DNA of 64,000 nucleotides from positions 15,114 through 79,113 of the forward strand of contig JAJCXY010000126.1 in assembly GCA_029263215.1 (NCBI GenBank), in the 5' to 3' direction. The notes beneath the pieces are model-generated. The model was not told the DNA's origin, did not search any database, and worked only from the letters and a program-made list of their open reading frames with translations. Source of the DNA: Acidimicrobiales bacterium (lineage in GTDB: Bacteria; Actinomycetota; Acidimicrobiia; Acidimicrobiales; Aldehydirespiratoraceae). The position numbers and the translations under genes are program-made. Shown here piece after piece: positions 58,497-64,000 of the stretch; the stretch's first letter is position 1; each line of letters begins with the position of its first letter.

Positions 58497-60025
58497 CAGC
58501 TCGGTCGGTGAGCGAGATCTTCGAACCGCTCGATATCGGCATCAGTCCAGAAGCCGGCCATCGGGACCGACTGACCTCCGGCGTATTCGCGGAGTCGGGC
58601 CACACCGGCGGCGTCGAACATCTCGATCGCGTCGAAGACCTGGTCTGGTTGTACGGCACGCAGGGCCTTGTCGCCCTCGCTGTTGGCCTTGGGCAGGTTG
58701 GACGTGAGCACCAGGACACGGCTCGGGTTCTGGGGTTCGTCGGTGGCCCTCAGCACATGGATACGACCGAGCGTCTTCCACAAGGTGTCGGTGCGCATCA
58801 GGCCCGGGCGTACGGTGGTGAACGCGCCGGAGACGTCGACATACCACTGGCCGCCGTCGGTGTCTTCGACGAGGAAGTTGAATTGGACGCCGACCTTGGG
58901 GATCTTTACCGGAGACTTCAGGATCTGGAATCCTGCATCCTCGATCACCTTGGCTGCTATGTCGTGGGCCTTCTTGCCCTCGCTGGTGGCGCGGGCCTGG
59001 AAGAACTCCTGGCGATCAGCATCATCGGCCAGCGTCTCGAAGAGGGGCTCGGTGCCGAGCACCTCCACGGCCCGGAGCCGGGGCCGGGCCCGCTCTGCGT
59101 CGACGCGAGCCTGGGCTATCTCGCAATACGACTCATCGAGATCGAAGCCGAACCCACGCCGGCCGGTTCGTTCGGCCGCAACGAGGGTTGACCCCGATCC
59201 GAGGAAGGGGTCGAGAACCGCATCGCCTTTGTAGGTGTAGAGGTCGATCAGGCGCCTGGGGAGCTCCACCGGGAAGGGAGCGGGGTGCTGAACCCGCCGC
59301 GCCGACTCGGGGCTGATCTTCCAGACATCGAGAGTTGCTTCCATGAAGTCGTCGGCCGACAAGGAACTCTCGTGGGGCAGGTCTCTTTCGACTCGACCCT
59401 TCGCCAGTGCCCGGTCGAAGCGGCCCTTACTCGCCACGATCACCCGCTCGGTGAGATCGCGCAGCACGGGATTGGTGGCCTTGCGATACGAGCCCCATGC
59501 GACCGAGCCGGTGGCGCCCTCCGCCTTCTGCCAGATGATCTCCCCCCGTAGCAGGAGACCTAGATCGTCCTGGAGGATCGAGATCACGTCGGCCGAGAGG
59601 CTCCGATACGGCTTGCGGCCGAGGTTGGCGACATTGATGGCAATTCGACCACCCGGCTCGAGCACTTCCACACATGACTTGAAGACGTCGTGGAGCATCT
59701 GGAGGTAGTCGAGATAGGAGGTGGGCACGCTGGGCACCGACCCACGCGTGCCGGGGTCGCCCGTCACCGCCAACTCGTATTCCTTACCGACGAAGTAGGG
59801 CGGCGAGGTGACCACCAGCGCCACACTGTTGGAAGGGAAGACCTCGGCGATCTCGCGACTGTCTCGCCGGTGGATCGATCCGACGTCGGCGGGGATCACA
59901 TTGATGGTGTCGTCCGCGGAGATGTCTGGCGCGATGAACCGCTCGTAGAACCCTGACGAATCATGGCTCTCACGCCGGCCCACACCGAAGGCCGTGGTGG
60001 CGGTTGACTTCCTACGTTCAGTCAC
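58496..60025 (-). CDS. Beta-class amino DNA methyltransferase (probably N4-cytosine) with an extra C-terminal PD-(D/E)XK-like domain
   Basis: Motif IV TSPPY precedes motif [12 protein letters not shown]; HPAPFP; about 170 extra C-terminal residues. Confidence 0.88.
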   Translation of the reverse strand: MTERRKSTATTAFGVGRRESHDSSGFYERFIAPDISADDTINVIPADVGSIHRRDSREIAEVFPSNSVALVVTSPPYFVGKEYELAVTGDPGTRGSVPSVPTSYLDYLQMLHDVFKSCVEVLEPGGRIAINVANLGRKPYRSLSADVISILQDDLGLLLRGEIIWQKAEGATGSVAWGSYRKATNPVLRDLTERVIVASKGRFDRALAKGRVERDLPHESSLSADDFMEATLDVWKISPESARRVQHPAPFPVELPRRLIDLYTYKGDAVLDPFLGSGSTLVAAERTGRRGFGFDLDESYCEIAQARVDAERARPRLRAVEVLGTEPLFETLADDADRQEFFQARATSEGKKAHDIAAKVIEDAGFQILKSPVKIPKVGVQFNFLVEDTDGGQWYVDVSGAFTTVRPGLMRTDTLWKTLGRIHVLRATDEPQNPSRVLVLTSNLPKANSEGDKALRAVQPDQVFDAIEMFDAAGVARLREYAGGQSVPMAGFWTDADIERFEDLAHRPS

Positions 60026-60090
60026 TCAGTTGCTCCGTGGTCGAAAAGTGATCCTAGGCGGGCACAGGTCCCCCATCGGACTTCTCGAGC

Positions 60091-60112
60091 ATCCTGCCGA
60101 CAAGGTGTGACA
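60091..60112 (-). promoter_or_regulatory. PafBC/RecA-NDp-like promoter for the methyltransferase operon
   Basis: Minus strand gTGTCAC-accttgtcgg-CAGGAT. A second -10 (TAGGAT) lies at 60051-60056. Confidence 0.55.
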
Positions 60113-60113
60113 C

Positions 60114-60851
60114 TCATTCGCGCCAGTTGGGCCCGGCTCGGTAGTGATAGACGTGGCTATCAACGAACCCGACCGACCGATAGAGCGCCCGAGCGGCACC
60201 GTTGGTGGGCATCACCTGGAGCCACGAGGTCGTGGCCCCCTCATGTCGGCCGTGTTTGATCAGGTCCCTCAGAACCCGTCGCGCCACCCCTCGGCGACGG
60301 GCCTCGGGCCGCGTGTTCATCGCAAACACTCCGAGCCACCTACCGTCGATCACGCCAAGACCTCCCCCGAGCAGGCCGCCGTCGTCGTCGAACACGGTCA
60401 CGAAGCATTTGTCGAGGGGCGTCATCACGGTCTCCGCCAGCCGGTCGTCGTCTCCCACCAACGAAACAAACGACCGGTCCGGCGACTCCGACGATGCCGA
60501 CCGGCCCGCGGTCGGCCCGGCCGAATCCAGGCTCTCGAGGTCGGCGGTCATCACCACCGCGCCGGTGACCGTGCGATAGCCGCGGGAGTCGAGCTCGTGA
60601 CCGATCTCGGGATCGTTGCCGTCGAAGATCTGGAAGATGGGCGTCATGTCACGTCGGCCGTACCAGTGCTCCGCCTGATCGATCGCGGTGCTCACCGCGC
60701 AGCCGGGGTCGCCCCGAACCCACACGCTGTTGGCTCGCCCGGACGACGCGAGCGCCTCTCGCAGCAGCCAATCGCCGATCTGCTCTCGGCGTAGCCCGGG
60801 CATCGACCTGTCGCTCAGCGACTCGAGTTCGACATGGTGCTGTTCCTTCAT
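60114..60851 (-). CDS. GNAT family N-acetyltransferase
   Basis: WLLR...RANSV, TRPEARRRGVA, WLQV..N..ARALYRSVGF. Confidence 0.88.
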   Translation of the reverse strand: MKEQHHVELESLSDRSMPGLRREQIGDWLLREALASSGRANSVWVRGDPGCAVSTAIDQAEHWYGRRDMTPIFQIFDGNDPEIGHELDSRGYRTVTGAVVMTADLESLDSAGPTAGRSASSESPDRSFVSLVGDDDRLAETVMTPLDKCFVTVFDDDGGLLGGGLGVIDGRWLGVFAMNTRPEARRRGVARRVLRDLIKHGRHEGATTSWLQVMPTNGAARALYRSVGFVDSHVYHYRAGPNWRE

Positions 60852-60854
60852 CTG

Positions 60855-60889
60855 CTGAGTTTCGCGCTGTCACAGCCGATGTTCACGCT
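60855..60889 (+). promoter_or_regulatory. Overlapping candidate promoters (sigma28-type and PafBC-type)
   Basis: CTGA-N16-GCCGATGT (60855-60882) and TGTCAC-N10-CACGCT (60868-60889). Confidence 0.5.
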
Positions 60890-60947
60890 GGTATTCCCTT
60901 GCGATCCGGGCGGATCGTCGTCACCCCTGCTCTCCGGGAGTCCTCCG

Positions 60948-61688
60948 ATGACCCGCCCCGTCCCTCACCATCTCCAACACCTCGCCGCCGATGCGATCCG
61001 ACGCAACCGCGCAGTCGGCCTCATCGATGAATCCGTGGTGGCCCTCACCACCCTCGTCGACCAGCCCGACTGGACCCCGGTCCACGGCTTGAGGTGCGGC
61101 CCCACAGTCGGGGCCATCGCGTTTCCGTTCGGATGGCAGCCCCAGCACCAACTGCCGTTGGCTTTGGCCATCGATCGCCACGACACCGCCGTGGTGGTCG
61201 AACCCGGGCGCGCCGGTGCCCTCTTCGTCGATGAGGAGGAGTCCCTGTTGATCGATGCCGGGCGGCGGGCGCTCGGGCTTCCCACTGCACCTCCCGCGGC
61301 CACTCCCCTCGAGCTCAACGACGCGGTCTGGCTGCACCGAATACTCGAGCTCACTCTCGATTCACCGCTAGGCGAACCGCCTCCGTGGCCCATACTCTCC
61401 AGCCTTCATCCACTGGGTGGGGGCGGTCTCACGCCGGAGGGATTGCGGCACCGTCGCCGCACCCTCCAAACCGGATGGCACACCGTGCATCAGGAGGCCC
61501 AGCGCGCCGGTGTCGACTGGGTTCCTCTCACCCCTGCTCTGTCGGCGTGGTTCGACCACGGCTCCCTCGCCCGCTGGCTGCTCGCCTCGCTGCCCGAAGC
61601 CACAACCATCGTGGCCGAGCTGGGTGAGTTACTGCGGCCATCGGACTTCGCCCGGGTGGCCGATGCGCTTGCCCTCAGCGGTCGCTGA
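60948..61688 (+). CDS. Hypothetical protein
   Basis: GGGAG before ATG 60948; protein-like composition, C-terminal AWFDHGSLARW. Confidence 0.7.
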   Translation: MTRPVPHHLQHLAADAIRRNRAVGLIDESVVALTTLVDQPDWTPVHGLRCGPTVGAIAFPFGWQPQHQLPLALAIDRHDTAVVVEPGRAGALFVDEEESLLIDAGRRALGLPTAPPAATPLELNDAVWLHRILELTLDSPLGEPPPWPILSSLHPLGGGGLTPEGLRHRRRTLQTGWHTVHQEAQRAGVDWVPLTPALSAWFDHGSLARWLLASLPEATTIVAELGELLRPSDFARVADALALSGR

Positions 61689-62715
61689 GCAGTTCGGCCA
61701 GCCGTTCCCTCACCGCCGGCTCCAGGGTGTTCCAGTCGTACATCGAGCCACCGATCGATCCCGTATCGGCCAGGGCGTCCACGAACCGCTCGATCTCGTC
61801 GATGGAGGTGAGCGGTTCGGGCGGGTCCGGGTTGTCGTCGATGCCGTCGGCTCCGCCGATTCCACCGATTCCGTGCACCAGGGCCGTCGGATCACCAAGG
61901 TTGGTGCGAAGGCGGCGCACCGACTCTTCGTGGTAGGCGTAGCCGTCGCCGTACCCCGACGACTCCGACCTGAAAGACCAGTAACTCATCGGGAGCCAAA
62001 CGTCGTACTGAGCGGCGATTCCAGTCCAGGGGAAGTCGGGCCAGAAGTCGGGATTCACCACCTCGATCTGCACCGGCGGCAACACGATCGCCCCCAGAGG
62101 CTCGCCATCGAGCTTCTCTCGTGCGGCCCCGCTCAACTCGACCAGCCGTCGGGAGCGGGTCTCGTGATCGATGCCGTCGCCGGTCCATTCGATGTCCACC
62201 GCCACACCGTCGAAGCGATGCCCGAGCACTTCGAAGTCGGCCATCGCCACGATGCGGTCGAGGTCGTCGCTGTCGTCGCCGAACCGGGGCAGATACCACC
62301 CCACCACATCCATGCCGAGTTCGTGGGCTTCGATGAGCACCTCGGCGAGCAGCCAACGATCCTCCAACCCATCGGGGGTGCGGTCGTCGAGGCGGGCCGC
62401 CTGGAGGTACACGGTGCCCACTCCGAGTCGGGCCATCTCCGCGAGCGTCGCCGGCGTCACCGAAGGGTCACTGCCGGCGTAGGCAGGGGCATAGTCGAAC
62501 ACGTCAACCCAGGTGCCGTAGCCCGAATAGGGGTCGATCGTGCGCTCGGTGGCCTCGGCCACGAGAAGGGTTCCGGTGGCCATTGGTGCGTCCACCGAAG
62601 TGATCTGCACCACCACTGGCACGGGCGGCTCCACGCGCGATTGGGCCACGTAGGCCCCTCCGCCACCGAGAAAGCCCACCGTCACCACCACCGCGAGCAC
62701 CCAATCCCTGCGCAC
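61675..62715 (-). CDS. Exported glycoside hydrolase-like TIM-barrel protein
   Basis: N-terminal TM helix; VYLQ, VVGWYLP, DGVAVDIE, WLPMSYW. TAGCAT -10 lies 7 nt before GTG 62715. Confidence 0.68.
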   Translation of the reverse strand: MRRDWVLAVVVTVGFLGGGGAYVAQSRVEPPVPVVVQITSVDAPMATGTLLVAEATERTIDPYSGYGTWVDVFDYAPAYAGSDPSVTPATLAEMARLGVGTVYLQAARLDDRTPDGLEDRWLLAEVLIEAHELGMDVVGWYLPRFGDDSDDLDRIVAMADFEVLGHRFDGVAVDIEWTGDGIDHETRSRRLVELSGAAREKLDGEPLGAIVLPPVQIEVVNPDFWPDFPWTGIAAQYDVWLPMSYWSFRSESSGYGDGYAYHEESVRRLRTNLGDPTALVHGIGGIGGADGIDDNPDPPEPLTSIDEIERFVDALADTGSIGGSMYDWNTLEPAVRERLAELLSDR

Positions 62716-62833
62716 CGCGGAGATGCTACGCCCAGCCAAGATGGTCCCGCCGTCGCCCGCGCGTTTGCGAACCGAGGCTCAGCTGGCATCCTTGAGGAGC
62801 GGTTAGTGCGATTTCTTCGAGGACGGTTCTCAC

Positions 62834-63313
62834 GTGAGTTACAAGCCAGGCGACCGAGTCGTCTATCCCCACCATGGCGCGGCCGTGATCGAAAAGAAGG
62901 AGAAGCGAACGGCATTCGGCGAAGAGACCGAATACCTGGTTCTCCGTATGGCCCACGGCGAGATGACTCTCGCGGTGCCGGTCGACAAGGCCGATGAGGT
63001 GGGGATGCGCTGGCCGATCTCTCACGAAGATGTCGAGGATCTCTTCGAGGTACTCGGTAAGCGCGACGTCCGCGAACCCGCCAACTGGTCGCGCCGGTTC
63101 AAGAACCATCAGGAAAAGCTGAAGTCGGGCGACGTCTACCAGGTGGCCGAAGTGGTGCGTAATCTCGCCCTTCGCGATCAGGCCAAGGGCCTGTCGGCGG
63201 GCGAGAAGTCGCTCTACACCAAGGCCCGCAACGTGCTGGTGTCCGAGCTTGCGTTCGCGCTCGACGTCGAGGAAGACGACGCGATGGCCAAGGTCGACGG
63301 AGCCCTGGTCTGA
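62834..63313 (+). CDS. carD: CarD family RNA polymerase-binding regulator
   Basis: GDRVVYPHHGAAVI, NWSRRFK, LSAGEK. Confidence 0.96.
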   Translation: MSYKPGDRVVYPHHGAAVIEKKEKRTAFGEETEYLVLRMAHGEMTLAVPVDKADEVGMRWPISHEDVEDLFEVLGKRDVREPANWSRRFKNHQEKLKSGDVYQVAEVVRNLALRDQAKGLSAGEKSLYTKARNVLVSELAFALDVEEDDAMAKVDGALV

Positions 63314-63314
63314 G

Positions 63315-63749
63315 TCAGCGCGCCGAGCGCAACTGCTTGGCGATGCCCCTCTCGACATTCTCACCGATCCCGTCGTAGGCCACCTGCAGGCCGCGGTCCA
63401 ACCAGCGCGCGATGCCACGCATCTGGATGGTGGAGTCGTAGACGATCACGGTGTCGTCGCCTCGTTGTTGCACCTCGATCTCGGTGCTGCCGGTGGCCTT
63501 GCCGTCGATGGTGTAGCTGACCGAAGTCGGCGAGTCGTGGCCGGTCACCTCGTAGGTGGCATCGAGGGCCTTGCCGTAGAAGCCGACCGTTACGTCGTAG
63601 CGGGCGCCGATGCCGGGGCCCGTACCGTCGAGCAGGGTCGCGTCGCGAACACTCGAATCCCACTCGGGAAGGTTCCCCAGATCGGCGAGATAGGCGAAGG
63701 CTGTCTGCGGAGATGCCTTGACGGTGATTTCTGCGTGGTACTGAGCCAT
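63315..63749 (-). CDS. SRPBCC (polyketide cyclase-like) family protein
   Basis: AFAYLADLGNLPEWD, GIGARY. Confidence 0.85.
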   Translation of the reverse strand: MAQYHAEITVKASPQTAFAYLADLGNLPEWDSSVRDATLLDGTGPGIGARYDVTVGFYGKALDATYEVTGHDSPTSVSYTIDGKATGSTEIEVQQRGDDTVIVYDSTIQMRGIARWLDRGLQVAYDGIGENVERGIAKQLRSAR

Positions 63750-63756
63750 GGCGGAC

Positions 63757-63999
63757 CTATCTGTTGCGACGGCGGCGGCCGCCGAGTGCGGCGAGGAACC
63801 AGATGGTGCTGAGCACGAGGACGGGACCCCAGAATTCCCACGCCCAGGAGTCGTCGAGTTCGTGGGCGAACCCGCTTCCGAGGGCGGGGGCCAAGAGCAT
63901 GGTGACCGCAACCTGGCGGCGCGCCGAGTAGCGCACGACGCCCAACTGTTCGAGCACGAACTCAACGGTGGCCGGCACCGACAAAAGCCAGATGAACCA
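63757..63999 (-). CDS. Membrane protein, C-terminal part (5' end outside the window)
   Basis: Open frame to the window edge with hydrophobic helices: WFIWLLSVPATVEFVLEQLG... Confidence 0.6.
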   Translation of the reverse strand, partial: WFIWLLSVPATVEFVLEQLGVVRYSARRQVAVTMLLAPALGSGFAHELDDSWAWEFWGPVLVLSTIWFLAALGGRRRRNR

Positions 64000-64000
64000 G

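Noticed and set aside
58496-60025. Assigning a recognition sequence to the methyltransferase from site avoidance
   Set aside because: Common palindromes (GATC, TCGA, GGCC, CCGG, AGCT) are plentiful here, and depletion cannot be measured by eye; methylome data are needed.

Overview
High-GC actinobacterial chromosome segment. Gene content and protein style suggest class Acidimicrobiia (inference). About 40 kb is conserved housekeeping: ribF-truB-rbfA-infB-nusA-rimP, ispG-rseP-dxr-cdsA-frr-pyrH-tsf-rpsB, whiG/fliA-xerC-dprA-comM-yraN, rplS-trmD-rimM-khpA-rpsP-ffh-ftsY, response regulator-kinase-HtrA, and MoxR-DUF58-VWA. The last ~20 kb is more accessory and ends at carD. I saw no rRNA, tRNA, CRISPR array, IS element or prophage. 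Main points the ORF track misses: (1) an ArsC-family gene with an in-frame UGA at the catalytic Cys position, followed by a bacterial SECIS-like hairpin (probable selenoprotein); (2) a translationally coupled cassette of a DNA methyltransferase fused to a degenerate PD-(D/E)XK-like domain, a small unknown protein and a PD-SxK nuclease-like protein, converging on a stand-alone DEDDy exonuclease; (3) a recurring TGTCAY-N10-(T/C)AnnnT promoter of the PafBC/RecA-NDp DNA-damage type in front of comM, yraN, that exonuclease, that cassette and one unknown gene; (4) sigma28-type promoters (CTNA-N16-GCCGAT) in front of leaderless genes, including an uncalled 46-aa ORF; (5) other uncalled small ORFs and unusual domain fusions. 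All calls come from reading motifs by eye; no database search was run.
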